From contig JAIDUT010000073.1 in assembly GCA_029060065.1 (NCBI GenBank), positions 1-51,414 on the forward strand: a stretch of DNA of 51,414 nucleotides, given 5' to 3'. Of this stretch, positions 16,342 to 27,866 are shown one piece after another; position 1 is the first letter of the stretch; each line of letters begins with the position of its first letter. The stretch is from Clostridia bacterium (lineage in GTDB: Bacteria > Bacillota > Clostridia > Christensenellales > UBA3700). A program made the position numbers and the translations under genes. The notes under the pieces are model-generated. The model worked only from the letters and a program-made list of their open reading frames with translations, had not been told where the DNA came from and searched no databases.

Positions 16342-18328
16342 TATGCAGAAGTTGCTTTTGATAGGCAACGTCGCAGAGCGTAATACTTTGATTAAAAAAC
16401 TGCACAAGTTGGGTTGCGCAGAAGTCGTTGCTACGCAAAAAATCGACAAGATGCAGGCGGTGGATATTCAACAGGACATTGACGAAAACAAGGTTAAACT
16501 TGCCAAGTTGGAATTTTGCTTAGCTACCGTCAAAGAATATAAGGCTACTGCGAAAAAACTTGCTAAAGAGCACAAGATAGACTATACCCACGTCAAAGGC
16601 AGAGGTATGTTTGCGGTAAAACCTATAATTACTTATGAGAGTTTTGAAGAGTTGAAAAATACCCAAGCAGATATTTTTTCGCAGATAGAAGAACTCAAGG
16701 CTTGCAAAGACGAGATAATTTCCTTAAAAACAGAAAAGCAGAAGCAAAATACTACGCTTGCGTCAATGGCGCCATATAAGAATATGGGCATTGCTTTTTC
16801 GCGTTTTAAGGATACCAAAACCGTCAACGTTTTGCTTGGCGAAGTTAAGAATGAAAAACTTTCTCTATTGGAAAGCATAAGGCAAAATGGCGGAGAGTAT
16901 GAAGTGTTTAGCGGAGAGCCCGTCAGCGGTGTTGCGATAGTAATACCAAAGGAAAAGAGAGAAGATATTCAAGAAACTTTGACCCAAGTTGACTTTGCAG
17001 TATGTTCGGTCAATGAAGATAAGACGGCAAGCCATATTATCGAAGAGTGTTATTCCAATATTGATAATATAGAAAAACAAAGCGACAGACTTGTCGAAAA
17101 AATTATGACCTTTGAGAGTATAATTGAAGACGTCAAGAAATTGTATGATTATATTACTCTTGAAGTGGCAAAGGAGCAGAGCAGAAACAATACGCAAGTT
17201 ACGCAGGCTACCTATTATCTGGAAGCATGGCTACCGCAGAGCGAAGCGCAAAGAGTGGAAAAAGAGTTGACGGACTCTCCGCTCTCGCTTGCATTTTTGA
17301 TAAGAGATCCGCTTGAAGGCGAAGACGTGCCTACGTTTGCGGTAAATAACGGAGTGGTTGCGCCGTACGAGAGCGTAACGAATATGTATTCCGTACCTTT
17401 CTATAAGGAGATAGACCCAAATCCGGGAGTAGCGTTTTTCTTCTTCCTGATGTTCGGAATGATGTTATCCGACGCGGGCTACGGATTGTTGCTTACGTTG
17501 GGCGCAGGTTTAATTCTTGCCATAAGAAGACCGCCAAAGGGACAGCTTAATCTTGTAAAGATTATATTTATGGGCGGTATTTCGACAATTATCTGGGGAT
17601 TTTTGTTCGGCTCATACTTTGGATTGAGTGCAAATAAAATGGGTATTTGGTATTGGTTTAACCCGATAGAAGACCCTATGCCTCTTTTGGTAGTTTGTCT
17701 TGCTATAGGCTTGATACAGATGTTCGTAGGTATGGCAATCAATATGGTTGCGTTGATAAGAAAGGGCGAAAAGTTGTGGGGTATATCCTCGGCATTCAGT
17801 TGGTACTTCTTAGCGCTTGGCATAGGCGGTATTTACTTGGCAAGCAAGGTTGGAAGTTGGATGAAGTACGTCGGTATCGTACTCCTTGTAGCGGGAATTG
17901 TACTTCTTATGCTCTCGGGGACATTCGGCAAAAAAGGCGCAAAGAAAATCAGCGGAGCATTTTCGTCGTTGTACGGTATTATCAATTTCTTCTCCGACTT
18001 GATGAGTTATACTCGTATCTTCGGTCTTGGCTTGGCGACTGGCGTTATAGCAATGGTATTTAATGAGATTGCAAAGATAATGTACGGTATGTTGCCAAAA
18101 TTCTTGGGAGTGATAGCGGTAATAGCTATATGTATCATAGGTCATACGTTCAACGTAGCCATCAACGCGCTCGGCGCATACGTGCACAATTCAAGATTGC
18201 AATTCGTCGAATACTTCGGCAAGTTCTATACCGGCGGTGGGGAGCTGTTTGCGCCACTTGGCAGTCAAATGAAGTACTACGCGATAGGAACGCCGGAAGA
18301 GAAAAAGGCTAAGAAAGCAAAGGCGTAG
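16328..18328 (+). CDS. ntpI: V-type ATPase subunit I (membrane a-subunit)
   Basis: 666 aa with a soluble N-terminal half and a multi-TM C-terminal half containing the conserved region MSYTRIFGLGLATGVIA and HTFNVAINALGAYVHNSRLQFVEYFGKFY. Confidence 0.9.
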   Translation: MALSNMQKLLLIGNVAERNTLIKKLHKLGCAEVVATQKIDKMQAVDIQQDIDENKVKLAKLEFCLATVKEYKATAKKLAKEHKIDYTHVKGRGMFAVKPIITYESFEELKNTQADIFSQIEELKACKDEIISLKTEKQKQNTTLASMAPYKNMGIAFSRFKDTKTVNVLLGEVKNEKLSLLESIRQNGGEYEVFSGEPVSGVAIVIPKEKREDIQETLTQVDFAVCSVNEDKTASHIIEECYSNIDNIEKQSDRLVEKIMTFESIIEDVKKLYDYITLEVAKEQSRNNTQVTQATYYLEAWLPQSEAQRVEKELTDSPLSLAFLIRDPLEGEDVPTFAVNNGVVAPYESVTNMYSVPFYKEIDPNPGVAFFFFLMFGMMLSDAGYGLLLTLGAGLILAIRRPPKGQLNLVKIIFMGGISTIIWGFLFGSYFGLSANKMGIWYWFNPIEDPMPLLVVCLAIGLIQMFVGMAINMVALIRKGEKLWGISSAFSWYFLALGIGGIYLASKVGSWMKYVGIVLLVAGIVLLMLSGTFGKKGAKKISGAFSSLYGIINFFSDLMSYTRIFGLGLATGVIAMVFNEIAKIMYGMLPKFLGVIAVIAICIIGHTFNVAINALGAYVHNSRLQFVEYFGKFYTGGGELFAPLGSQMKYYAIGTPEEKKAKKAKA

Positions 18329-18428
18329 TAAGTGATGTTGAGGAGGTATAGGCTACGCAAGTAGGCGTTAATCTCAAAAACATCTTAGATTTTAGATAAG
18401 ATAGAATAAATAAAAGATAAAAAAATAA

Positions 18429-18935
<507 letters not shown>

Positions 18936-18950
18936 TAGTAAAGGTAAATT

Positions 18951-19532
18951 ATGAACAACAAAGAAGCAATTATCCAAAAGATAATAGACGACGCTAACGC
19001 AGTGGCTGGCGCTAAAATAGCGGAGGCTAACGATACGGCAAGTCAAGTTTTAGCGAGAGCGCAAAGACAGGTTGACAGATTCAATGAGAGTAATTCAGGT
19101 AGGACTGACAAACTGTATCAAGAAGCGTTGGAGCGGAGCCAAGTCGTCGCAAATCTAGACATTAAAAAGCTCTTGCAAGGCAAGAAAAAGGAAATCATCG
19201 ACAAGGCGTTCGATGAGGCTTTGGACGCTATCAAGGCGGATAAAAAGACTTATCTCGCGCTTGTAGAGGGGATGATAATGTCTTGCTGTGAGGACGGGGA
19301 CGAAGTCGTTGTCGCAATGGAAGACGATAAAGTTATAACAAAGAAGTTGATTGCCGACATTGCAAAAAAGAGTAAGAAGTCGTTAAAGAAGAGCGAAGAG
19401 TTTGGAGATTTCAAAGGCGGAGTAATTTTGTCGGGTAAGAATTACGACAAAAACCTTACTTTGGAATTGGAACTTTCTTTGATTAAAGAAAAAATCGAGA
19501 GCAATATCGATTCGATTTTGTTTGGGGAGTAA
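18951..19532 (+). CDS. ntpE: V-type ATPase subunit E
   Basis: 193 aa. N-terminal long helix (IIQKIIDDANAVAGAKIAEAND) plus a C-terminal globular domain. Operon position also supports the call. Confidence 0.8.
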   Translation: MNNKEAIIQKIIDDANAVAGAKIAEANDTASQVLARAQRQVDRFNESNSGRTDKLYQEALERSQVVANLDIKKLLQGKKKEIIDKAFDEALDAIKADKKTYLALVEGMIMSCCEDGDEVVVAMEDDKVITKKLIADIAKKSKKSLKKSEEFGDFKGGVILSGKNYDKNLTLELELSLIKEKIESNIDSILFGE

Positions 19533-19538
19533 AGACTG

Positions 19539-20510
19539 ATGGCAAAAAATAGCTTGGTCTATTCAAATGCAAGAGTTAAGGCTTTGGAAAATACTTTCTT
19601 GACCAACGAAAAGATTGTGCGTATGGCGTACAGCGATTCTTTGGAGGAGGGTATCAAAGTGCTTATGGAAAGTTCTTACGGCGGAGGTATGATCGCCGAC
19701 GCCAAGGACTATGACGAAATCTTGCAGGCGGAAGATAGAAAGGTGAGCGAATTTGTATTCGACGCTATGCCGGACGGACAAGGCATGGAAACCTTTGCCG
19801 TTAAGTCTGACTATCACAACCTTAAAGCTATAGTCAAGGGCAAATATATGCGACTTGACAATATTGATTTTATGTTAATGCCAAAGGGCAATCTCGACCC
19901 CAAGGAAATCAAAGATATGATATACACCGACGACTATTCGACGCTGAGCGAGAGTATGCAAAAAGCTCTTTTGACAATCGACAGCGCAAGAGCCGACGGT
20001 AATACGTCGCCGAGATTTATAGACTTGACGCTTGATAAGGCTTGCTATAGCGATATTATGGCAATGCTTAAGAAAGCTAAAAATAAGTTCATGACTACTT
20101 ATTGGCAGACAAATATCGATATGATGAATATTTCCGCTTTCGTTAGAGCAAGTAAGGCGGGCGACATAGAGGTATTCAAGGAGAGCTTTATTGACGGAGG
20201 TAAACTTGACGTATACTTCTTCAACACAGAGTTGCAAGCAGTAATTGATAAGTTGGCGTTTTCGCCTTATCCGCAAATCGCAGAAGCTCTTAAATCGGGA
20301 GATTTCGTGTCCTTTGAGAGGATTTGGGACAATACCCTTATCAATATATTCAAAGAAGGTCGTAACGATATCTTTTCGGTAGCCCCCATAGCAGGGTTCT
20401 ACGTAGCTAAGAAAATCGAGATAAAGATAGTGAGAATGATATGTATCCTTCTCAAAAACGACGTAGATAAAGACGTCATAAAAGACAGATTGAGGGAATT
20501 GTATGCGTGA
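19539..20510 (+). CDS. ntpC: V-type ATPase subunit C (d-type)
   Basis: 323 aa and all-helical. N-terminus YSNARVKALENTFL. Operon position between E and G. Confidence 0.8.
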   Translation: MAKNSLVYSNARVKALENTFLTNEKIVRMAYSDSLEEGIKVLMESSYGGGMIADAKDYDEILQAEDRKVSEFVFDAMPDGQGMETFAVKSDYHNLKAIVKGKYMRLDNIDFMLMPKGNLDPKEIKDMIYTDDYSTLSESMQKALLTIDSARADGNTSPRFIDLTLDKACYSDIMAMLKKAKNKFMTTYWQTNIDMMNISAFVRASKAGDIEVFKESFIDGGKLDVYFFNTELQAVIDKLAFSPYPQIAEALKSGDFVSFERIWDNTLINIFKEGRNDIFSVAPIAGFYVAKKIEIKIVRMICILLKNDVDKDVIKDRLRELYA

Positions 20511-20829
20511 AGGCAAGATAGCGGTAGTTGGAGATAAAGATTTGATTTTGGCGTTTAAGGCTATCAGTATGGAAGTCTTTTGCGCCGATACCAAAGAAGA
20601 GGGCGAAGCTATTATAAAGAAACTCGCCAAAACTCATTCTGTTATATTTATTACGGAAAATCTAGCTGAGCAAATGGATTCTTTGCTCGCAAAATATAAG
20701 ACCAAGGCTTATCCGGCAATAATACCTATACCAAACGGTGGCAAGTCTAACGGCTACGGTATGCAAGGAATTAAGGCAGACGTGGAGAGAGCTATCGGTA
20801 CAGACATATTGTTTAATAAGGAAGATTGA
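20503..20829 (+). CDS. ntpG: V-type ATPase subunit F (position of E. hirae NtpG)
   Basis: 108 aa. [22 protein letters not shown]-like N-terminus, then VIFITENLA. Confidence 0.8.
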   Translation: MREGKIAVVGDKDLILAFKAISMEVFCADTKEEGEAIIKKLAKTHSVIFITENLAEQMDSLLAKYKTKAYPAIIPIPNGGKSNGYGMQGIKADVERAIGTDILFNKED

Positions 20830-20831
20830 TT

Positions 20832-22595
20832 ATGCAACAAGAAGTAGGAAGAGTTATCAAAGTTTCCGGACCGCTGATTGTAGCGGAAGGTATGCGCAAC
20901 TGCAAGATGTTTGACGTTGTCAGAGTCGGCGAAGAAAACCTCATCGGCGAAATTATAGAACTTCGCGACGATAGAGCGTCTATTCAGGTCTATGAAGAAA
21001 CGAGCGGATTGGGTACGGGCGCAAAGGTAATATCTACCGGCGCTCCGCTGAGCGTTGAACTTGGACCCGGAATTATCGAGGGTATTTACGACGGTATTCA
21101 AAGACCTCTTCAAAAACTCGTGGAAATGACGGGCGACAGAATAGGCAGAGGCGTGGAAATATCGGCGATTGACCACAAGAAGCGTTGGAACTTTGAGGCT
21201 AAGAAGTCCAAAGGCGACAGCGTAGTCGCAGGCGATATTCTCGGCGTAGTGCAAGAGACCAAAGTCGTAGAACATAGAATCATGGTACCTGTCGGCGTTG
21301 AGGGTAAGATCAAATCTATATCTTCCGGAGAACATACGGTAGACGACGCTGTGTGCGTAATCACAACTTCTAAAGGCGATGTCAAGGTGACGATGTGCCA
21401 AAAGTGGGCTGTCAGAATAGGCAGACCTTTCAAGAGCAAAATGTATCCTGTCGCTCCTCTTGTGACAGGACAACGTACTATAGATACTTTCTTTCCGGTA
21501 GCGAAAGGTGGCGCGGCTTGTATTCCGGGACCTTTCGGAAGCGGAAAGACCGTAGTTCAGCACCAACTTGCGAAGTGGTCGGACGCGGATATAATCGTAT
21601 ACGTAGGTTGCGGTGAGCGCGGTAATGAGATGACGGATGTTCTCAACGAGTTCCCTGAACTTATCGACCCAAAGACGGGCGAAGCGCTTATGAAGAGAAC
21701 TGTGCTTATCGCTAATACTTCCGATATGCCGGTTGCGGCTCGTGAAGCGTCGATGTATACCGGCATAACAATTGCCGAATACTTTAGAGATATGGGATAT
21801 AACGTAGCTATAATGGCTGATTCGTCTTCTAGATGGGCAGAGGCTTTGAGAGAAATGTCGAGCCGTCTTGAAGAAATGCCGGGCGATGAAGGTTATCCTG
21901 CATATCTTGCGTCAAGACTTGCAAGTTATTATGAAAGAGCGGGTATCGTCAAGGCTATGGGCAGTGACGAGCGAGTGGGTTCGGTTACGGCAATCAGCGC
22001 CGTATCGCCTCCGGGCGGTGACTTGTCCGAGCCTGTTACGCAGGCTACTTTGAGAATCGTCAAAGTATTCTGGGGCTTGAGTTCTTCTTTGGCATACGCA
22101 AGACACTTCCCTGCTATAGATTGGCTACAAAGTTATTCTTTGTACGTAGATAGACTTGGCGAGTGGTACGGAAAGAATACCGAGAGAACTTGGAACGATA
22201 ACCGTCAGCAAGCTATGACGATATTGCAAGAAGAGGCAAACCTTGACGAGATAGTTCGTCTTGTCGGCGTAGACGCATTGAGTTATGAAGACAGATTGAC
22301 AATGGAAACCGCTAAGTCTATAAGAGAAGATTACTTGCAACAGGACGCTTTCGATGACGTCGATACCTTTGCAAGTCTATCCAAACAGTATAAGATGCTT
22401 AATCTTATATTGGAATGTTATAGATGCTCGCAGGAAGCTCTTAAAAAGGGCGCAGACTTCGACGATATCATTGCAATACCTGCAAGAGAGGCTATCGGTA
22501 GAATGAAGTTTATACCTGAGAGCGAAATTGCAAAATTTGACGAGATTTACGACAATATGAAAGCTCAGCTTGATAAGCTCGCTTACGTAGACTAA
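20832..22595 (+). CDS. ntpA: V-type ATPase catalytic subunit A
   Basis: GPFGSGKTV Walker [15 protein letters not shown] and [18 protein letters not shown] 20832; the track start 20826 is TTG. Confidence 0.95.
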   Translation: MQQEVGRVIKVSGPLIVAEGMRNCKMFDVVRVGEENLIGEIIELRDDRASIQVYEETSGLGTGAKVISTGAPLSVELGPGIIEGIYDGIQRPLQKLVEMTGDRIGRGVEISAIDHKKRWNFEAKKSKGDSVVAGDILGVVQETKVVEHRIMVPVGVEGKIKSISSGEHTVDDAVCVITTSKGDVKVTMCQKWAVRIGRPFKSKMYPVAPLVTGQRTIDTFFPVAKGGAACIPGPFGSGKTVVQHQLAKWSDADIIVYVGCGERGNEMTDVLNEFPELIDPKTGEALMKRTVLIANTSDMPVAAREASMYTGITIAEYFRDMGYNVAIMADSSSRWAEALREMSSRLEEMPGDEGYPAYLASRLASYYERAGIVKAMGSDERVGSVTAISAVSPPGGDLSEPVTQATLRIVKVFWGLSSSLAYARHFPAIDWLQSYSLYVDRLGEWYGKNTERTWNDNRQQAMTILQEEANLDEIVRLVGVDALSYEDRLTMETAKSIREDYLQQDAFDDVDTFASLSKQYKMLNLILECYRCSQEALKKGADFDDIIAIPAREAIGRMKFIPESEIAKFDEIYDNMKAQLDKLAYVD

Positions 22596-22604
22596 GGAGA
22601 GAAT

Positions 22605-24005
22605 ATGTTAAAGGAATATAAGTCAATTAGAGAAATCGTAGGACCGCTTATGCTTGTTGACGGCGTTGACGGCGTAGCTTACAACGAACTTGTCGAAATC
22701 AAAGGCAAGGACGGAAGCATAAGAAGAGGTAAGGTGCTTGAAGTCAACAGAGATAAGGCGCTTATTCAGCTTTTTGAGGGTGCGCAAGGCTTGCAAATGT
22801 CCACTTCAAAGGCAAGATTTTTAGGCAGAAGTTTGGAACTTGCCGTATCTGAAGATATGCTGGGCAGAGTTTTTGACGGTATGGGCAATCCCAAGGACGG
22901 CGGAGCGCCGATAATTCCCGACATGAAACTCGATATCAACGGCCAACCTATAAATCCTGCCGCAAGAGATTATCCCGACGAGTTTATTCAGACGGGTATA
23001 TCAGCTATCGACGGACTTAACACCTTGGTAAGAGGACAAAAACTTCCGGTATTCTCGGCGTCAGGCTTACCGCACGCAGAACTTGCGGCGCAAATCGCAC
23101 GTCAAGCTAAAGTGCTTAACAATGACGAAAAATTCGCAGTCGTATTCGCCGCGCTTGGAATTACTTACGAAGAAGCTGAATTCTTTATGCAAGACTTCCG
23201 TAAGACGGGCGCAATAGAAAGAGCCGTAATGTTTATCAACCTCGCCAACGACCCGGCAATCGAGAGAATATCAACTCCTAAGATGGCTTTGACAGCCGCG
23301 GAGTATCTAGCATTTGAAAAAGGTATGCATGTGCTTGTAATAATGACTGATATTACTAATTATTGCGAAGCGCTAAGAGAAATCTCTGCCGCAAGAAAAG
23401 AAGTGCCGGGCAGAAGAGGTTATCCCGGTTATCTCTATACCGACCTTGCTACGATGTATGAGAGAGCGGGCAGAATAAGGGGCAAAGCCGGTAGTATTAC
23501 TCAAATACCGATACTTACTATGCCCGAAGATGATAAAACGCACCCAATCCCCGATTTGACGGGTTATATAACCGAAGGTCAAATAATCTTTGGTAGAGAA
23601 CTCTACAAAAAAGGTTATACGCCACCTATCGACGTTCTCCCGTCGCTTAGCCGTCTAAAACAAAAGGGAATTGGCGAAGGTAAGACGAGAGAAGACCATT
23701 CAGGTAATATGAACCAGCTCTTTGCCGCGTACGCTAAAGGTAAGGAGTGCAAAGAACTGTCGGCTATACTCGGCGATGCTGCGCTCACTCCGCTTGACAG
23801 ACAGTACGCATCTTTTGCAGAAGAGTTTGAGAAGAGATATATTAACCAAGGCTTCTATACCAATAGAACCATTGACGAAACCTTGCAGATAGGTTGGGAA
23901 CTCTTGACGCTCTTGCCAAGGTCCGAGATGAAGCGTATTAAGGATAAGTACCTTGAGATGTACTATGACCCAATCAAGGCAAAGCTAGAGGAAGAAAAGA
24001 AGTAA
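22605..24005 (+). CDS. ntpB: V-type ATPase subunit B
   Basis: [41 protein letters not shown] and [15 protein letters not shown]. Confidence 0.95.
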   Translation: MLKEYKSIREIVGPLMLVDGVDGVAYNELVEIKGKDGSIRRGKVLEVNRDKALIQLFEGAQGLQMSTSKARFLGRSLELAVSEDMLGRVFDGMGNPKDGGAPIIPDMKLDINGQPINPAARDYPDEFIQTGISAIDGLNTLVRGQKLPVFSASGLPHAELAAQIARQAKVLNNDEKFAVVFAALGITYEEAEFFMQDFRKTGAIERAVMFINLANDPAIERISTPKMALTAAEYLAFEKGMHVLVIMTDITNYCEALREISAARKEVPGRRGYPGYLYTDLATMYERAGRIRGKAGSITQIPILTMPEDDKTHPIPDLTGYITEGQIIFGRELYKKGYTPPIDVLPSLSRLKQKGIGEGKTREDHSGNMNQLFAAYAKGKECKELSAILGDAALTPLDRQYASFAEEFEKRYINQGFYTNRTIDETLQIGWELLTLLPRSEMKRIKDKYLEMYYDPIKAKLEEEKK

Positions 24006-24016
24006 TATTTGCAAAC

Positions 24017-24029
24017 TGAACAATGTTCA
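24017..24029. promoter_or_regulatory. TGAACAATGTTCA palindrome (copy of the TetR-promoter operator core)
   Basis: Identical 13-mer to 2655-2667. It lies 12 nt after the ntpB stop, within AAACTGAACAATGTTCAA. Confidence 0.45.
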
Positions 24030-24149
24030 ATTATGTGCAGGCAACATAATACAATCATTAATACATCTTTAATTAATATATAGACGAATATAAGTTAATG
24101 ATTGATAAATAAGTAAAAATATTGCATATGTGTCGATAAAATAAGAAAC

Positions 24150-24162
24150 TGAACGCTGTTCA
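24150..24162. promoter_or_regulatory. TGAACGCTGTTCA palindrome (second, degenerate copy)
   Basis: TGAAC-N3-GTTCA with the same AAACTGAAC..TGTTCAA flanks as the 24017 copy. It lies 33 nt upstream of the ntpD ATG. Confidence 0.4.
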
Positions 24163-24194
24163 AATAGTAAATCGGCATAATATAAGGCAGGCAA

Positions 24195-24830
24195 ATGGCA
24201 GAAAGACTAAACGTAAACCCCACTAGAATGGAGTTGAAAAGATTGAAGACGCGTCTTAAAATGGCGGTAAGAGGACACAAACTTTTGAAGGATAAATCGG
24301 ATGAAATGATTAGACGGTTTATGGAGTTTGCCAACCAAAATAAAGCGCTTAGAGAACAAGTCGAAGTTGAATTAAAGTCGGCTTTGACTACTTTTGTCGT
24401 AGCTAAAGCGGTAAGCGACGACGCTGTTATTCAAGAAGCCGTCGCAATGCCTTCAAAGAGCGTCAAGATAGAGCTTGACAGCCAAAACGTAATGAGCGTA
24501 GAAGTTCCGTTGATTAGCGTCAAGGCAAGCGGAGATGGCGATAAGTATCCGTATTCGTTTTCTGCAGTCACTGCTGAACTTGACAATTCAGTGGAAGTGA
24601 TGAACGGACTTTTGGAGAGAATGGTAAAACTCGCCGAGGTGGAAAAGACCTGTAATATGCTCGCAATCGAGATAGAAAAGACAAGACGTCGCGTAAATGC
24701 CTTAGAATACGTCATGATACCGCAACTTCAAGAAACCATCAAGTTTATAACTATGAAACTTGACGAGAATGAGAGAAGTACGATAGTTAGACTTGTCAAA
24801 GTCAAGGCGATGATAGCCGAGGAGGTCTAG
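24195..24830 (+). CDS. ntpD: V-type ATPase subunit D
   Basis: NPTRMELKRLKTRLKMAVRGHKLLKDK and RRVNALEYVMIPQL are the subunit D signature. Confidence 0.9.
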   Translation: MAERLNVNPTRMELKRLKTRLKMAVRGHKLLKDKSDEMIRRFMEFANQNKALREQVEVELKSALTTFVVAKAVSDDAVIQEAVAMPSKSVKIELDSQNVMSVEVPLISVKASGDGDKYPYSFSAVTAELDNSVEVMNGLLERMVKLAEVEKTCNMLAIEIEKTRRRVNALEYVMIPQLQETIKFITMKLDENERSTIVRLVKVKAMIAEEV

Positions 24831-25040
24831 ATGTCCAAGACGCTAAAAGACCTTTGCTTTTTGACGGGAGTAGTATTGCCACATTTGGCATTGATACTTT
24901 ATTTTGTCGTCCAGAACGAAGAGCATAAAAAGGCGTTTTTTCAAAGTATGTTTTACGGCATAGTTCTTTGGGTTGTTTTGGGAGTCGCAATTGGCTTGGG
25001 TATGTTCGAACCGTCGGTATTCGGTCCAACTACAAATTAA
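24831..25040 (+). CDS. small two-TM membrane protein (hypothetical)
   Basis: The ATG directly follows the ntpD TAG, with a GAGGAGG SD inside the ntpD end. Two hydrophobic helices (LTGVVLPHLALILYFVV, YGIVLWVVLGVAIGLGMF). Confidence 0.5.
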   Translation: MSKTLKDLCFLTGVVLPHLALILYFVVQNEEHKKAFFQSMFYGIVLWVVLGVAIGLGMFEPSVFGPTTN

Positions 25041-25080
25041 AAATAGATGTTTTAGTTAGAAGATATTATCTTGAAGCATT

Positions 25081-25980
25081 ATGACCATACAACAGTTAAA
25101 GTATATAATAAAATCGGCTGAAATAGGCTCAATAACAGAGACGGCAAAAGCGTTGTATATCTCACAACCGAGTTTGTCGGGCGCAATCAAAGAAGTTGAA
25201 AATGAAGTAGGTTTTACTATTTTTACTAGGTGCAGAGCAGGTATTGCGCTAACTAAAGAGGGAATGGAGTTCTTAGGTTACGCGCGACAGGTAGTACAGC
25301 AGATGGAACTTCTTGAATCGAAATACATTTCCAATCAGCCTGCAAAACAGCGGTTTTGTATATCCACACAGCACTATACTTTTACTTCCAACGCTTTTGT
25401 AGAACTTGTTCAGCAATTTGGGCAAGAAAGGTTTGAATTTATACTGAATGAAACGCAAACGCACCAAATTATTAAGGACGTTAGAAACCGATTTAGCGAT
25501 ATAGGAATTCTATTTATAAGCAATGGTAATGAGAGTATCTTGAAAAAGGTTTTAGAAGAAAACGATTTGTCTTTTTATGAATTATTTACCGCATCGCCAC
25601 ATGTGTTTCTCAAAAAAAATCATCCGCTTGCTACTAAGAAGTCATTAACTTTAGAGGATTTGCGACCGTATCCTAAATTGAGTTTTGTTCAGGGTAATTA
25701 TGAATCTGTTTATTTTGCAGAAGAACTCTTTAGTAATGAGCCGTCAGAAAAAAGTATAAAAGTCAGCGACCGCGCCGCTATCGTTAATTTTATGATAGGA
25801 TTAGACGGTTACACAATATCCAGCGGAATTTTCCCAAAGTATTTGCAAGGAGATACTATTATTTCTATTCCTCTTGACGAACCTGAAGTTATGCGTATCG
25901 GATATATAAAAAACAATGACAAAGAATTGTCGGAACTTGCAAAAATCTATATCGAGGCTTTGAAAAAGTATAAAAACTGA
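25081..25980 (+). CDS. LysR-family transcriptional regulator
   Basis: The N-terminal wHTH is LKYIIKSAEIGSITETAKALYISQPSLSGAIKEVENEVGFTIFTR. Confidence 0.85.
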   Translation: MTIQQLKYIIKSAEIGSITETAKALYISQPSLSGAIKEVENEVGFTIFTRCRAGIALTKEGMEFLGYARQVVQQMELLESKYISNQPAKQRFCISTQHYTFTSNAFVELVQQFGQERFEFILNETQTHQIIKDVRNRFSDIGILFISNGNESILKKVLEENDLSFYELFTASPHVFLKKNHPLATKKSLTLEDLRPYPKLSFVQGNYESVYFAEELFSNEPSEKSIKVSDRAAIVNFMIGLDGYTISSGIFPKYLQGDTIISIPLDEPEVMRIGYIKNNDKELSELAKIYIEALKKYKN

Positions 25981-26067
25981 TATAGAATTTTCCTATGTCA
26001 AAGCATAAATTATAAGTATTACCTATTACCATTTCTCCCGTGATACAATATGACGGAGAGGAGGCGA

Positions 26068-26655
26068 ATGATGTCGGGATATATAATAGGTAATTTTTTT
26101 ATTTACGCGCTAATAAATGCGATTACACCGGGACCGGGGAATATATTGGCGCTTAATACCGTCAGTAACTATGGCTGGAAAAAAGGTAAGCCACTTTTTT
26201 TCGGTATATTTATCGGTTACTACGTTGTGCAAATCATTTGCGCTATATTCGTCTATGGCGTGAGCACTTTTTTACCCAACGTACTTGGAATAATGAAATA
26301 TATAGGCGCTGTCTATATATTTGTACTCGCAATTCATATAGCGTTTAGCAAACCGAAAATTGACAATTCTCAAAAGTCAACGTCATTTCTAAAAGGCTTT
26401 TTTCTGCAATTTGTCAACGTGAAAATCTATCTATTCGGTATTACTGCATTGACAGGATACGTTATTGAGTACTATAAATCGTTCGTAGCTTTACTCGCTT
26501 TTGAGCTCGTTATAGCGACTATAGGTTCAATAGCAACGTTGATTTGGATAGGATTGGGTATGCTACTCAAAAAAGTTTATCTAAAATATTATTTGCCTAT
26601 CAATATCATACTTGCGCTTTTATTGTTGGAATGTATATACAGTATGTTGAAATAA
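26068..26655 (+). CDS. LysE/RhtB-family amino-acid exporter (EamB-like)
   Basis: GAGAGGAGG SD. INAITPGPGNILALN N-terminal motif and six TM helices. Confidence 0.7.
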   Translation: MMSGYIIGNFFIYALINAITPGPGNILALNTVSNYGWKKGKPLFFGIFIGYYVVQIICAIFVYGVSTFLPNVLGIMKYIGAVYIFVLAIHIAFSKPKIDNSQKSTSFLKGFFLQFVNVKIYLFGITALTGYVIEYYKSFVALLAFELVIATIGSIATLIWIGLGMLLKKVYLKYYLPINIILALLLLECIYSMLK

Positions 26656-26679
26656 AATCATAAATTGGAGGTAGACACT

Positions 26680-27771
26680 ATGAGAAATACGTTTAATTTT
26701 TCCGCAGGACCTGCAGTCATGCCGGAACAAGTATTGCAAGATGTGGCAGACGAAACGTTAAATTACAAAGGTAGCGGTATGTCTGTTATGGAAATCAGCC
26801 ATCGTTCTTCTTTATTTCAAAGCATTATTGACGAAACGGAAGAGAACTTAAGAAAACTAATGAATATACCCAATGATTACGAAGTGTTGTTTTTGCAAGG
26901 AGGAACTACGCTTCAATTTGCGATGATTCCAATGAATTTTATGCGTAATCGTAAAGCAGAGTATATATTGACTGGATATTGGGCAAAAAAGGCTTACGAG
27001 GAAGCTACATTGTTTGGGGACGTCAATATTGTAGCATCGTCAGAAGACAGGAATTTCTCATATATTCCCGATTGTAGCGATTTGGACATTGACAATAAAT
27101 CAGATTATTTGTATATGTGTGAAAACAATACGATTTACGGAACTAAATTCCACACAAAACCTAATAGCAAAGGCAAGATTTTAATAAACGATATTTCGTC
27201 GAGTTTTTTGTCCGAGCCTATGAATGTGTCTGACTATGATATGCTCTTTGGAGGTATACAAAAAAATCTCGGTCCGGCAGGTCTGGTAATAGCAATTATA
27301 CGTAAAGATTTGATTTCCGAATTCGTATTGAAGGGAACGCCTACGATGCTTAGGTATAAAACTCATGCGGATAAAGGCTCAATGTACAATACTCCTCCCA
27401 CATATAATATCTATATCGTTGGAAAAGTCATTAAGTGGATTCAATCCTCGGGGAGCTTAGAAAAAATGAGAGAATATAACGAGAAAAAAGCCAATATTCT
27501 TTATGATTATTTAGATAAAAGTAAAATGTTTTATGGATTGGCAGATAAAGAGAGTCGCTCATTGATGAACGTCACTTTCCGCACTAATTCAAAGGAATTA
27601 GATTCAAATTTTGTTGAACTGGCAAGCCGTAACAATATTATTAGTATCAAAGGACATAGGGTAATCGGCGGTATGAGAGCAAGTCTTTATAACGCTATGC
27701 CAGTTGAAGGCGTTGAGCATTTGGTCAAGTTTATGGAAGCATTTGAAAAAGAAGGAGGGAAAAAGTTATAG
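26680..27771 (+). CDS. serC: phosphoserine aminotransferase
   Basis: GGAGG SD. FNFSAGPAVMPEQVL, FLQGGTTLQF and IQKNLGPAG. Confidence 0.9.
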   Translation: MRNTFNFSAGPAVMPEQVLQDVADETLNYKGSGMSVMEISHRSSLFQSIIDETEENLRKLMNIPNDYEVLFLQGGTTLQFAMIPMNFMRNRKAEYILTGYWAKKAYEEATLFGDVNIVASSEDRNFSYIPDCSDLDIDNKSDYLYMCENNTIYGTKFHTKPNSKGKILINDISSSFLSEPMNVSDYDMLFGGIQKNLGPAGLVIAIIRKDLISEFVLKGTPTMLRYKTHADKGSMYNTPPTYNIYIVGKVIKWIQSSGSLEKMREYNEKKANILYDYLDKSKMFYGLADKESRSLMNVTFRTNSKELDSNFVELASRNNIISIKGHRVIGGMRASLYNAMPVEGVEHLVKFMEAFEKEGGKKL

Positions 27772-27866
27772 TTATAAAATAGCTTTTCATTTATATGTCT
27801 TTTTATGTTTACATTTTATCGCGCGTAATGTATAATAATATAGAAAATTTATTAAGGAAGGTTGAT

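Noticed and set aside
25081-27771. LysR-LysE-serC block as horizontally acquired on the basis of AT-richness
   Set aside because: Spot counts of individual 60-nt lines ranged from about one-third to nearly one-half G+C, which falls within the variation seen elsewhere in the window. I cannot support the claim without a proper sliding-window calculation.
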